Positions 9,708-18,952 of a stretch of 64,000 bases of DNA are shown here, one piece after another. Each line of letters opens with the position of its first letter. Position 1 is the stretch's first letter. Origin of the DNA: Thermodesulfobacteriota bacterium (GTDB taxonomy: Bacteria > Desulfobacterota > QYQD01); contig JBFMAZ010000013.1 of NCBI GenBank assembly GCA_040755415.1, forward strand, positions 10,877 through 74,876, in the 5' to 3' direction. The notes under the pieces are model-generated. The model made no database searches and was not told the DNA's origin. It saw only the letters and a list, made by a program, of their open reading frames with translations. The translations under genes and the position numbers were made by a program.

Positions 9708-10193
9708 ATGCAACCTCTAAGCCATTTTGATGCCCAGGGGAAGGCGGTCATGGCGGAGGTCGGCCATAAAGAAACCACCTATCGTCGCGCCCGGGCCACT
9801 GGTTCAGTCTTGGTAAACGCCGAAACCCTGCAAATAATTAAGGAAGGACGGGCTGATAAAGGGGATGTCCTGGGACTAGCCCGTGTGGCCGGCATCATGG
9901 CCGCCAAAAAGACCGGCGAACTCATCCCTCTCTGCCATCCATTATTCATCAGCAGTGTAGATATTACCTTTTCCCTGGATGAAACAAATAATAAGGTGTT
10001 AATCGAGGCCACGGTGAATAGCCAGGGTAAAACCGGTGTGGAGATGGAGGCATTGGCAGCGGTCTCTATCGCCGCCTTGACCATTTATGATATGTGTAAG
10101 TCAAAGGATAGAGGAATAATTATCACGGACATCTGCCTCCAGGAAAAAGAAGGAGGGAAGAGCGGCCACTATACAAGGCCAAGTGTACCGTAA
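9708..10193 (+). CDS. moaC: Cyclic pyranopterin monophosphate synthase MoaC
   Basis: 161 aa, ...KGDVLGLARVAGIMAAKKTGELIPLCHPL... MoaC. Confidence 0.9.
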   Translation: MQPLSHFDAQGKAVMAEVGHKETTYRRARATGSVLVNAETLQIIKEGRADKGDVLGLARVAGIMAAKKTGELIPLCHPLFISSVDITFSLDETNNKVLIEATVNSQGKTGVEMEALAAVSIAALTIYDMCKSKDRGIIITDICLQEKEGGKSGHYTRPSVP

Positions 10194-11016
10194 TTATCAG
10201 TTAACAATGCGCCCTCCAGAACTCGACCCTATAGATGTTACGTTACTTACCAGGAGGCTTAAAACCACGCCTTTCGCACGAGGAGAGATTCAGTATCTAC
10301 CAACCACTGGCTCCACAAATGATGTAGCGAGAGACCTGGCAGAAAAAGGCGCTCCGGAAGGGACTATAGTTATTGCCGAAAGCCAGACTAGGGGACGGGG
10401 GCGTCTGGGCCGGACGTGGCATTCACCACCGGGTACCGGCCTCTATTTTTCCATCGTCCTCCGGCCCTCGCTCGATCCATCCGACCTCCCCAAAATCACG
10501 CTGCTGGCCGGAGTAGCCGTTGCTGAAGCTATAGAAGAAACCACCGGCCTTCACCCGCTCATCAAGTGGCCGAACGACCTCCTGTTGGCAGGTAAAAAAT
10601 TAGCCGGCATACTGGCAGAGCTTTATGGCGATATTACCTCACCTTATGTTATCCTTGGGATTGGCATAAATGTTCACACGCGCCGCGAAGAGTTCCTCCC
10701 TGAACTGCAAGAAACCGCCACCTCTCTGGACATGGCCGGCGGACAAAACATCTCGCGCGCCAATCTCCTGCAGGCCATACTTACGCATCTGGGAAGGTGG
10801 TATGAATCATTCAAGAAGGGAGCGTTTCAGCCCATCCTGGACGCCTGGCGTAAGAGATGTGTTATCATCGGCGCCCGAGTCAGGATACTCTCTGGAGAAA
10901 AAGAACTGGAGGGAACCGTTGTCGATATGGATGTGACGGGCGCTTTGCTCCTTAGGGATCAGGCCGGACAGATCCAGCGTATCTTATCCGGTGAAGTCAT
11001 ACGGTGGGAAAAATGA
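10183..11016 (+). CDS. birA: Biotin--[acetyl-CoA-carboxylase] ligase
   Basis: GRGRLGRTWHSPPGTGLYFS... (BPL GRGRxGRxW motif), C-terminal BirA_C; 277 aa without obvious N-terminal HTH. Confidence 0.85.
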   Translation: MYRNYQLTMRPPELDPIDVTLLTRRLKTTPFARGEIQYLPTTGSTNDVARDLAEKGAPEGTIVIAESQTRGRGRLGRTWHSPPGTGLYFSIVLRPSLDPSDLPKITLLAGVAVAEAIEETTGLHPLIKWPNDLLLAGKKLAGILAELYGDITSPYVILGIGINVHTRREEFLPELQETATSLDMAGGQNISRANLLQAILTHLGRWYESFKKGAFQPILDAWRKRCVIIGARVRILSGEKELEGTVVDMDVTGALLLRDQAGQIQRILSGEVIRWEK

Positions 11017-11076
11017 GTTATTCGCACCCCAGCGCATCTTCGAACCGTAAGGGACATGACGACCTGAGAATTTATA

Positions 11077-11110
11077 AAAGAGGCGGGAGATTCATCCCGC
11101 CTCTTTTTTT
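11077..11110. terminator. Bidirectional rho-independent terminator between convergent birA and adk
   Basis: aaaagAGGCGGGAgattcaTCCCGCCTcttttttt: 8-bp GC stem, 6-nt loop, A-tract upstream and T-tract downstream. Confidence 0.7.
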
Positions 11111-11126
11111 GCAAATGTAGAGGGCA

Positions 11127-11804
11127 TTAGGCCAACTGGGCCATCAATTTCTCTGAGACTACATTGATGGGCGGCGCACCATCCACGGCAACTACCTTTG
11201 GCCCCGGCACTTTCTTGAAATAATTGACTGCCGCCATGGTGCCGCTGTTGGTATCGTAATAAATATCATGCCTTTTATCAATAGCGACCGTATCCTGGTC
11301 ATCGGCCCGCGTCTTTAAATCACCTCCGCAGACCCGGCAGACCAATTTCCCATCCTTTTCTACCGGCTTGATGGCATCAATATAGACATGGTTGGGATGG
11401 TTGTTGTCATTGACGCAAAGCCTTCTGCCCATAATCCTTTCCGCGGCTGTCTTGCGGTCCAGGGCGATCTCCACGACATAGTCAAGCTTGATGCTGGCAT
11501 CATTAAGCGCCTTGTGCAGGGCCTCGGCCTGGGCCACGTTACGCGGGAAGCCGTCCAGAAGCCACCCTTTTTTACAGTCATCCTCTTTAAGCCGGTTGAG
11601 GATCATGGGGATGGTGATGTCATCCGGTACCAGATCTCCCCGGTCAATGTATGCCTTGGCCTTTTTCCCCAGCTCTGTGCCCCCGCCTATATTCTTTCTG
11701 AATATAGCGCCCGATTCGATGTGGGGTATATTATACTTCTTCTGAACAATTGCCCCCTGCGTTCCCTTGCCACTCCCATTTGGACCAAAAATTAAGATGT
11801 TCAT
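11127..11804 (-). CDS. adk: Adenylate kinase (start moved to MNIL..., AGGAGG SD)
   Basis: MNILIFGPNGSGKGTQG P-loop; LID region with CRVCGG zinc-knuckle remnant; SD aaAGGAGGagtttcATG on minus strand. Confidence 0.9.
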   Translation of the reverse strand: MNILIFGPNGSGKGTQGAIVQKKYNIPHIESGAIFRKNIGGGTELGKKAKAYIDRGDLVPDDITIPMILNRLKEDDCKKGWLLDGFPRNVAQAEALHKALNDASIKLDYVVEIALDRKTAAERIMGRRLCVNDNNHPNHVYIDAIKPVEKDGKLVCRVCGGDLKTRADDQDTVAIDKRHDIYYDTNSGTMAAVNYFKKVPGPKVVAVDGAPPINVVSEKLMAQLA

Positions 11805-11923
11805 GAAACTCCTCCTTTCGCAAAAAATCACTGTTAGGACTATAGCAAAAAACCATTAATTATTTCCAGAATAAAATGAATATACATTCAAAAAATATTT
11901 GCCCCCTTCTCTATCAGCCATCT

Positions 11924-12077
11924 GAGGCTCTTGCAAAAGTCTTATGATCGGGTTGCCGTCATTCCGGCGAACTCCGGATCAGGTCCGGGGCAGGCGCCGG
12001 AATCCAGTGATTCCGACCAGATTAAGACACTACTGGACACCGGTTTTCACCGGTGTGACGACTTTTGCAAGAGGCTC
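11924..12077. repeat. TIR element family 3, copy 1: TIR GAGGCTCTTGCAAAAGTC...GACTTTTGCAAGAGGCTC, internal GNRA-tetraloop hairpin TTCCGGCGAA(C/A)xCCGGAA and CACCGGTtttcACCGGTG hairpin
   Basis: Near-identical ends and core at 25969-26099; partial related hairpin at 17552-17631. Gives spurious small ORFs ending ...VTPVKTGVQ on minus strand. Confidence 0.7.
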
Positions 12078-12248
12078 ATCTGTAAAGACTTGTATGCCCA
12101 CCCGGGCCTTTCCGCCTTTGTCCTTGACAATCATATCTAACTCATATAAAGCAGAAAAAGTTTTCTTATTTCCCCCTTTTCTTAATGACGGAAGTGGCCG
12201 ATATAGTAATAGATACAAGGGCCTTTGTGCCCTCAAGGAGGAGGATGC

Positions 12249-13835
12249 ATGTACAGAATCCTTCATAAATATTACTTGCTTTGTCTGTCTCTCCTTCTCG
12301 TAATTACTTCGTGCTGGGGCTGCGCCCGGCTAAAGGACAAACATCCGGCCGAACCGGTGGATAGCCGGCCACAGGGCAGACTCGTTATGTTTTTAAATGG
12401 CCCGCCGCAGGCCAGCCTGAATCTCACCTTTAGCCTCAGCAGCATTGCCGTCTTCAGCGAAGAAGGCGGGTGGGAAGAGTTGCCGCTTAAACCGCAACCG
12501 ATAAACTCCCGGGGTATAATCGGACGCCAGATCATCCTCGTGGAAAGCAAGCTTGTGGCCAGGACCTATGAAAAGGTGCGCTTTACCTTTGACCGGGCGC
12601 AGATCATTAAGGAAAATAAGGCCGCAGACCTTTCCATCCCTTCTGAAGGCCTGGAGATGGATTTTAAATTCAGGATAGTCAAAGGGCAGGATACTTCAGT
12701 TTTTATCAATTGGGATGTAGATGGGTCTATAGCGGATAATTATCTATTTATCCCCGCATTTGCGCTAAAGACAGAGATTCGCGGGGTAAGAAGCCAACTG
12801 GCTTATGTAACCAATGAAGAGTCAGACAATGTAACCGTTATTAATAGAGAATGGGACGAGGTTGTTTCTACCATAGCGGTAGGAAAGGCGCCATGCGGTC
12901 TGGCCGCCGGTACAAAGAAGACCAGGCTAAGGGTATATGTGGCCAATGCCAGGTCGAATAACATCACGGTCATCGATCCGACCCTAAACCAGGTTGAGCA
13001 GGCCGTACCGGTATCATTTGGTAAACAACCCCGGGCCATTGCCGCAGCGCAGACCCGGTCGGGCAAGGAATGTCTGTTTGTGGCCAATTATGCCTCTAAC
13101 AATGTCTCCATAATTGATACGGATAATTATGAAGAGATTGCACAGGTCAGGGTAGGGGTTGGCCCCATCGCCGTAATCACCGACCCCCCCACGGACACCA
13201 TATATAATATGAAAGGGCTGACGGCCAGCCAGTTGAGTCGCTGGAGGGATTACCGGGATCAACACCTGCATATATATGTAGCCAACAGTAAGACCAACAC
13301 CGTATCCGTTATTATTTTTAATACTTCTACACTTGCTGTGCAAGATACCCATACCTTAACCGTGGGCTGGAATCCGATGGCCCTGGACGTAGATGTGGAG
13401 CGGGGTAAGGTCTATGTAGCTAATAACGCCTCTGATACGCTCTCAGTCATCGATGCATTAAAGATCATGGATGGCTCCACCTCGGACGCAGTAACCACCT
13501 TAACCAATGTAGGCACGGGTGGGGTGGACATTGCGGTTGATGCCTACTTTATGAGGCTGTATCTTTTAAAGGACCGGCCCGGTGAATTGCTCTTTCTTAA
13601 GACCCCGGTGGAGGCCATCGCTGCATCCCTGAAGTCTATCATGACACCCATAACCGGATTGATCAATATGGACGGTTCTCCCCGGTCTATGGCCCTGGAC
13701 CCTGAAAGTAGAAAGTTTTATGTCGTGGATAGTGGGGGAGATGCAGTTCACGTTATAGATAAGACTACCCGACGTCAGATAAAGAGCATTCCCGTGGGTC
13801 GTAAGCCTTATGAGATTACGATGGTTCCTTTTTGA
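12249..13835 (+). CDS. YVTN-family beta-propeller repeat lipoprotein (start at MYRIL..., lipobox ITSC)
   Basis: At least five repeats of YVAN(A/Y/S/N)xSNN(I/V)(T/S)VID type; N-terminal signal peptide with lipobox; AAGGAGGAGG SD. Confidence 0.8.
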   Translation: MYRILHKYYLLCLSLLLVITSCWGCARLKDKHPAEPVDSRPQGRLVMFLNGPPQASLNLTFSLSSIAVFSEEGGWEELPLKPQPINSRGIIGRQIILVESKLVARTYEKVRFTFDRAQIIKENKAADLSIPSEGLEMDFKFRIVKGQDTSVFINWDVDGSIADNYLFIPAFALKTEIRGVRSQLAYVTNEESDNVTVINREWDEVVSTIAVGKAPCGLAAGTKKTRLRVYVANARSNNITVIDPTLNQVEQAVPVSFGKQPRAIAAAQTRSGKECLFVANYASNNVSIIDTDNYEEIAQVRVGVGPIAVITDPPTDTIYNMKGLTASQLSRWRDYRDQHLHIYVANSKTNTVSVIIFNTSTLAVQDTHTLTVGWNPMALDVDVERGKVYVANNASDTLSVIDALKIMDGSTSDAVTTLTNVGTGGVDIAVDAYFMRLYLLKDRPGELLFLKTPVEAIAASLKSIMTPITGLINMDGSPRSMALDPESRKFYVVDSGGDAVHVIDKTTRRQIKSIPVGRKPYEITMVPF

Positions 13836-13852
13836 TAGGCCGAGGATAAGGG

Positions 13853-16198
13853 TTGGATGTTAAACTTTTAAAGGTGATGGCCAGTCGTGCCATAGGCAGA
13901 TTCGCACGCCCAGGCGTATCTTCGACCGGGGCAAACAAAGTGCCTGCCCTACGGAGGTTGTGGAGGGTAGTTATAGCCCTGGCTGTGCTTATAACTTACC
14001 CCGGCCCATCTGCCTGGGCGGTAGGTATAGGCGGCACGGCCGATATTCGTTATAACGCAACCAAACAAAAAAAGGATGGAGTCAAAACAAGCGACGGTTA
14101 TAACTTTTCTCAAAATTATTATTTAAATCTGGCCGATGAAATTACCCCTGCGCTTTCTTATAGTCTCAATTTCCGGGCCAATCACAACAAAACTTCTACT
14201 ACCCAGGACAGCATAACCACAAAAACTTACAGCCAGGGCGCTGAGCCGCAGATTGAATTCAGCCTGCATAACCCTTTTTATAATGCCAGCGCCGGCTATC
14301 AACGTACAGAGAGATGGAGCGGGGCATCTATCGCTAATGAGATACGGAAGACCGGCGATTATACCTATGCCCGGTTTGATATATCCCCACGTGACTTGCC
14401 GACTCTGGCCCTGCAGTGGGGCCGTAAACGGGATTTTGATTATCTTTCGCCCACGCGCCTCGATACCACCACCGACACCTATCTCCTGAATACAAGTTAT
14501 GATTATGCCCCTTTCAGGCTTTACTACAATTATTACCTTACCCAGACCACAGATGATGCCCCCTCAGGCAATATCTATCGCACCGAGAGAGAGGCGCACA
14601 CGCATAATGGCCGGCTGGATTACGGCCAATCATTTTTTGACGGCAAGCTGCCGGTTAATGCCAGTTACCAGGCCAACTATAACCGGAATATTATGGATAT
14701 CTTTTCCACCGCCGCCGTGGTTACAGTACAGCGGACGCCTTTTCTGGGGCTTCATAAGAGGGATACGAACACAACTCCGACTCCAACCACACTCGAGCTC
14801 GCGACCCAAAACCTCCTTACAGATGGTGAAAAGAAGCCCGATGATACAAGTACAAACATCAACGTCGGGAAAACCGGATTGCCAAATTGGAACCTTAGTT
14901 CAAATCTACAGCACAATATAGGTCTGGAGCTGACCAGTACCAAATCAGTTAAGACCCTTCGCATTTACACAAACATACCCAAGAGCGACACCTCTTTTAA
15001 CGTCCCCGGGAACGCCTTGGACCTTACCGTTTACTCAGGCACCACAGCATCCAATTGGACCGCGATAACCGGTGTTGCTTCTCCGGCTCCGAGCACCTCG
15101 GCGACAGAAGACGTTTATTTTTACGAGGTAAACTTTACTGCCCAAGAAGCCAGATTTTTCAAGGTCGTCAATACCTCAGAAACAGACCGTACTAACGTAT
15201 ATATCACAGAGATAGAAGCCTATGGGGATGAGACGGAAAAAACGGATATTACTGACCGGTTCGATCAGGGTCTGAATTTTAATACCAGCCTGAAGGCCAG
15301 GCCTGATCTGTCGGTTTCCTTCAGTTTTTACCTGACGCGCAATGACGAAGAACCATCATCCCTTCCCGAGGCGGCGAGTAATCTGTTGTCAACCATTTTT
15401 AGTAAGACCCAAAAAGGGGGGGAGGGTATATCCAGGGGGACCACTACGCGGAGCTGGGGTCCTTCTGTTAACTGGCAGCCTTATAGCAAGCTCTTGACCT
15501 CTTTGCGTTTCCAAAGGCAGGATTCGTGGGATACGGAGGGGACCACCGACTCGGCATCCAATACGTATGCCTTTTCTCTTAATTCCCCGCTTCTGGATAC
15601 GCTGGATGCCACGTTTTCGGCGACCCGCAGTGAGCAGTACAGCTTTTCTGAGAAACAGACCATAAGCGACTCCCTTCTCTTCAGTACGCTGGCTAAATTG
15701 TACGACGGCGTCAACATGGTTACAGACCTGAACTATACCACCTCGGAGTCCTTTCAAACTAATATCACTACTGATACCCTTTCCCTTAATGGTAATATAA
15801 ATGCTATACTGACACGCAGGCTGAGTGGAACCTTCACTTATGGTTTTAGCTGGCCTTCGCCTGGTACGGCCTCCAACCAGCAGTCTCTGGTGTTGACTTA
15901 TCGCCCCAGTGCGCTGTTAAATTTTATGGCCTCGCTTCAGGCCGCCGATACTGGAACCGCCCATACTTTTGGCCAGAATTACAGTATAGACTGGCTCCCA
16001 GTCCCCGTACTTAATTTTAATCTGAGCGCCCAGGAGACGGAATCAGGAGACACAAAAAACCAGACCCTTACCTTCCAGAACAGGTGGCAGATAAATAGGT
16101 ATATGGATTTTCAGTTTAATTATTCCTTTGGGCGTGTTAAATCATCGTCTGAAACGGATACCCATACCTGGGGGTTCTCGTTTACCGGACGGTTCTGA
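13853..16198 (+). CDS. Large outer-membrane beta-barrel-like protein with embedded discoidin (F5/8 type C)-like domain
   Basis: 781 aa, signal peptide ...AVLITYPGPSAWA, alternating Y/T/S/N-rich amphipathic strands, C-terminal ...WGFSFTGRF (terminal aromatic F typical of OMP barrels); central segment ...VYFYEVNFTAQEARFFKVVNTSETDRTNVYITEIEAYG resembles discoidin/F5_F8_type_C C-terminal signature. Confidence 0.6.
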   Translation: MDVKLLKVMASRAIGRFARPGVSSTGANKVPALRRLWRVVIALAVLITYPGPSAWAVGIGGTADIRYNATKQKKDGVKTSDGYNFSQNYYLNLADEITPALSYSLNFRANHNKTSTTQDSITTKTYSQGAEPQIEFSLHNPFYNASAGYQRTERWSGASIANEIRKTGDYTYARFDISPRDLPTLALQWGRKRDFDYLSPTRLDTTTDTYLLNTSYDYAPFRLYYNYYLTQTTDDAPSGNIYRTEREAHTHNGRLDYGQSFFDGKLPVNASYQANYNRNIMDIFSTAAVVTVQRTPFLGLHKRDTNTTPTPTTLELATQNLLTDGEKKPDDTSTNINVGKTGLPNWNLSSNLQHNIGLELTSTKSVKTLRIYTNIPKSDTSFNVPGNALDLTVYSGTTASNWTAITGVASPAPSTSATEDVYFYEVNFTAQEARFFKVVNTSETDRTNVYITEIEAYGDETEKTDITDRFDQGLNFNTSLKARPDLSVSFSFYLTRNDEEPSSLPEAASNLLSTIFSKTQKGGEGISRGTTTRSWGPSVNWQPYSKLLTSLRFQRQDSWDTEGTTDSASNTYAFSLNSPLLDTLDATFSATRSEQYSFSEKQTISDSLLFSTLAKLYDGVNMVTDLNYTTSESFQTNITTDTLSLNGNINAILTRRLSGTFTYGFSWPSPGTASNQQSLVLTYRPSALLNFMASLQAADTGTAHTFGQNYSIDWLPVPVLNFNLSAQETESGDTKNQTLTFQNRWQINRYMDFQFNYSFGRVKSSSETDTHTWGFSFTGRF

Positions 16199-16213
16199 AA
16201 GGAGAAGGCATTA

Positions 16214-16825
16214 TTGTTGACAGTGATACATAAAACTGATAAAAGCCGAACGTGGGCGGTTGTTTTGTTATTTTGTTTATGCTTGACTTTTGTATTATTC
16301 TTGCCTGCCTGCGCACCCGGCCGAAAGACTTATCTGCGTTCGGGCGTTGATATTCGTCAGATTACAAAGGTGGCAGTTATGCCTTTTGAGAATCTGACCA
16401 ATGATCCGTATGCAGGTAAAAAGGTGCAAGATCTCATGATTACAGAACTTTTGCGCGGGGGGCGTGTGGATGTTATCGAGCCCGGCGAGGTATTAAATGC
16501 TATACGGAGTAGCGGGATTACCTCCATCAGTGCCTTGCATATTGAAAATATAAAGATTATCGGTCAGCGGCTGCGGGTCCCGGCGGTAGTGGTGGGTTCA
16601 GTCCATGCCTTCGGCGTAACGCGGGGCGTTACGATATCCTATCCCGAGGTAACTATTCACTGTATTGTGGTGGAAACCACTTCGGGGGCAATTATTGCTT
16701 CGACCCAGTACACGTCCGGTGGAACCGGCTTCTGGAGCAGGCATTTCAAGGCGGAAGGGCCTACCTTGGGCGAGACAGCCGAGGATGCGGTAAACGTTAT
16801 AGTAAGGAGTCTGTTTTTACCATGA
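16214..16825 (+). CDS. Lipoprotein, CsgG/LpoB/PelC (TolB-N-like fold)-like single-domain, paralog 1
   Basis: Lipobox LPAC; motif VAVMPFENLTNDPYAGKKVQDLMITELLRGGRVDVIE. Confidence 0.65.
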   Translation: MLTVIHKTDKSRTWAVVLLFCLCLTFVLFLPACAPGRKTYLRSGVDIRQITKVAVMPFENLTNDPYAGKKVQDLMITELLRGGRVDVIEPGEVLNAIRSSGITSISALHIENIKIIGQRLRVPAVVVGSVHAFGVTRGVTISYPEVTIHCIVVETTSGAIIASTQYTSGGTGFWSRHFKAEGPTLGETAEDAVNVIVRSLFLP

Positions 16826-17403
16826 AGCAACGGGGGGCTTATCACTTTATAATTTGTCTTTTACTGGCGTTCACCTTTTCTGGTTGCGCCCGTGCGCCCA
16901 AGCCGAGTTTTTATATACGCCAGGACTTTGACTTTAGCTTTATAAAGAGGGTAGCCGTATTGCCCTTTGATAATCTTACCAATGAGAAGTTTGCCTCGGA
17001 AAGGATTAGAAGACTGGTAATTAATGAACTTCTGGCCTCGGGCCTGATGGATGTGGTCGTAGCCGGCGATCTTTCAGCCGCCCTTAAGGCGGCCAGGGTG
17101 GAATCAGTAACGGCCCTGCCTCCCCAGCAGATCAAGGAAATTGGCAGGGCATTAAATGCGCAGGCCATTCTTACCGGCTCAGTCGAAAGATATGAGGAAC
17201 CCAAAGGTGGAACCTTTGCCGCCCCTGAAATTTCCATTTCCTTAGTGATGGCGGAGACCGATTCTGGTTCCATTGTCTGGTCAGTAAGTGTTTCTACCGG
17301 TGGGGCAGGTTTTGGGACCCGCCATTTTGGGGCACGTGCAGATACGATCAGTGAGGCATCTGAAAAGGCGGTTAAAAAGGCGATCCGGACGCTGTATCCA
17401 TGA
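16822..17403 (+). CDS. Lipoprotein, same family, paralog 2
   Basis: Lipobox FSGC; VAVLPFDNLTNEKFASERIRRLVINELLASGLMDVV; 4-nt overlap with upstream paralog (coupled). Confidence 0.65.
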   Translation: MKQRGAYHFIICLLLAFTFSGCARAPKPSFYIRQDFDFSFIKRVAVLPFDNLTNEKFASERIRRLVINELLASGLMDVVVAGDLSAALKAARVESVTALPPQQIKEIGRALNAQAILTGSVERYEEPKGGTFAAPEISISLVMAETDSGSIVWSVSVSTGGAGFGTRHFGARADTISEASEKAVKKAIRTLYP

Positions 17404-17409
17404 GAGATA

Positions 17410-17444
17410 AAATTCGAAATACGAATATCGAAATTCGAAACAAG
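17410..17444. repeat. AT-rich cgaaat repeat (family 2) short copy
   Basis: aaattcgaaatacgaatatcgaaattcgaaacaag; same words as 45471-45630, 50473-50633, 55908-56025. Confidence 0.6.
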
Positions 17445-17551
17445 ATATTGATGGTAGAGGTACGAGATTTGCCCTGCTCAATAGTTTTTTGAACCTAGTG
17501 TAGTACGCTATAAATAGCGCAACATATATTCTGGTATTCTGGTAACAAAAA

Positions 17552-17631
17552 CCGTCATTCCTGCGAAAGCAGGAATCCAGAAAGACAAAAAGACTAGATT
17601 CCGGGTCAAGCCCGGAATGACAATTAAAGTA
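17552..17631. repeat. Partial family-3-related hairpin element (GTCATTCCTGCGAAAGCAGGAATCCAG + ATTCCGGGTCAAGCCCGGAATGAC)
   Basis: Two perfect hairpins with GAAA/tcaag loops; related to core of 11924-12077. Confidence 0.55.
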
Positions 17632-17686
17632 ACGGAACTTATAGCGCACTACACTAGACACCTCCAAGTAATTATGAAACAGCCCT

Positions 17687-18733
17687 ATGTGGAAAATACT
17701 ATCCTTTCTCTTAACTCTCCTTATTTTTTTACCTTCCTGTGCCGGGCGGACAGCACTCGATAGCGATGCCAGGCTGCCGCTGGCCCGAAAAGCTATAGCG
17801 TTGATGCCTTTTGAGAACCTTTCTGATGATAAAGAGGCCATCGAAAAGGTTATGCCCTATATACGTCAGTGGTTCAAAGACGCCGGTTTTGAAATAGTAC
17901 CCGATGAAGTAGTTGAAAGATTTCTGTTGCGGCATGAAATTAGAAGTACCGGGCGTTTTTCAGATAAAACTATCCATGGTATGGAACGCGGGCTTGGAGC
18001 CGCTTATATTCTGCTGGGAAATGTAAATTCGTGCTCTGATGACCCGTTACTATCCATCTCTACCCGCCTGGTATCCGTGCCGGATGGGAATATTGTCTGG
18101 GGCGGGCATGCCAGCCGCAGTGGGGAGGAATTTAAAACGGTTCTGGGCCTGGGTAAGATTACGACCCTGGCCGGGCTTGCCCCTGTAGTAGTTGACGAAC
18201 TTTTCTCTTCCCTCAAGCGGTTCGTGCCTCCGGATAAGGCAGAACGTGAAAAATGGCGTTTCCGGGTGGCGGTAATGCCCTTTGGAAACTTGAGCGCGCG
18301 CAAGGATGCCGGGGTTATCGCCACGTATCTATTCCTTTCGGGCATAGCGCAAAAACCGGGCTGGGCGACTGTTGAATATGGTAAGGTCTGGAATACCCTG
18401 GTTTCAGAGAACTATCCATACCGTGGAGAACTGGACTATGATACGTTGCAGGCGCTGGGCAGGAAACTTGAAGTCGATGGCATCCTGCTCGGAACAGTGG
18501 AAAAATATACTGAAGATCTGGGCGCCAAAGGACAGGTTATCCCGGAGGCAGCTATCAGCCTGCGTCTTTTATATGTTCCGAATAAAACCATTATCTGGGC
18601 AGATCGACTGGGGGCTACCGGCGAAGATGATATTTTAGTCCTGGATTGGGGGCTAATAAGAACGGCCGATAAGGTTGCCGAAAAGGTAATTAAAAAGTTA
18701 GTCACGCGTCTTCCATATATTGAGGTTAGATAA
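17687..18733 (+). CDS. Lipoprotein with tandem duplication of the same CsgG/LpoB-like domain, paralog 3
   Basis: Lipobox LPSC; two copies of the (A/V)xxxMPF(E/G)NLS motif (IALMPFENLSDDKEA..., VAVMPFGNLSARKDAG...). Confidence 0.65.
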   Translation: MWKILSFLLTLLIFLPSCAGRTALDSDARLPLARKAIALMPFENLSDDKEAIEKVMPYIRQWFKDAGFEIVPDEVVERFLLRHEIRSTGRFSDKTIHGMERGLGAAYILLGNVNSCSDDPLLSISTRLVSVPDGNIVWGGHASRSGEEFKTVLGLGKITTLAGLAPVVVDELFSSLKRFVPPDKAEREKWRFRVAVMPFGNLSARKDAGVIATYLFLSGIAQKPGWATVEYGKVWNTLVSENYPYRGELDYDTLQALGRKLEVDGILLGTVEKYTEDLGAKGQVIPEAAISLRLLYVPNKTIIWADRLGATGEDDILVLDWGLIRTADKVAEKVIKKLVTRLPYIEVR

Positions 18734-18761
18734 AATGGCCCTCTAGGAAGCGAAAAAATAA

Positions 18762-18897
18762 CAAATTCCAAAGCCAAAAGTTCAAAACAATGACAAAGTT
18801 CAAATAATACCCGACAGACTTAATGGCAGAACTTATGTGCCTCTTTATAGTTGGACTTTGAATTTGATTTGACATTTGGATTTTAGGTTTTGAAATT
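18762..18897. repeat. AT-rich imperfect palindrome (family 2-like) immediately upstream of SurA-like gene
   Basis: caaattccaaagccaAAAGTTCAAAACAATGACAAAGTTCAAATaat ... inverted partner ggactttgaatttgatttgacatttggattttaggttttgaaatt. Confidence 0.55.
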
Positions 18898-18952
18898 ATA
18901 CAGTTACCTTACCTCTGACTTGCCAGAGTTAGGTTCGGTAAAGGGGTTAGAT

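Noticed and set aside
12030-12266. Small ORFs ending ...VTPVKTGVQ (12030-12266, 25950-26240) and 17281-17841
   Set aside because: They are translations of the family-3 hairpin element (GTCATTCCGGCGAAAGCCGGAATCCAG / CACCGGTTTTCACCGGTG), recurrent repeat-derived artefacts, not genes.
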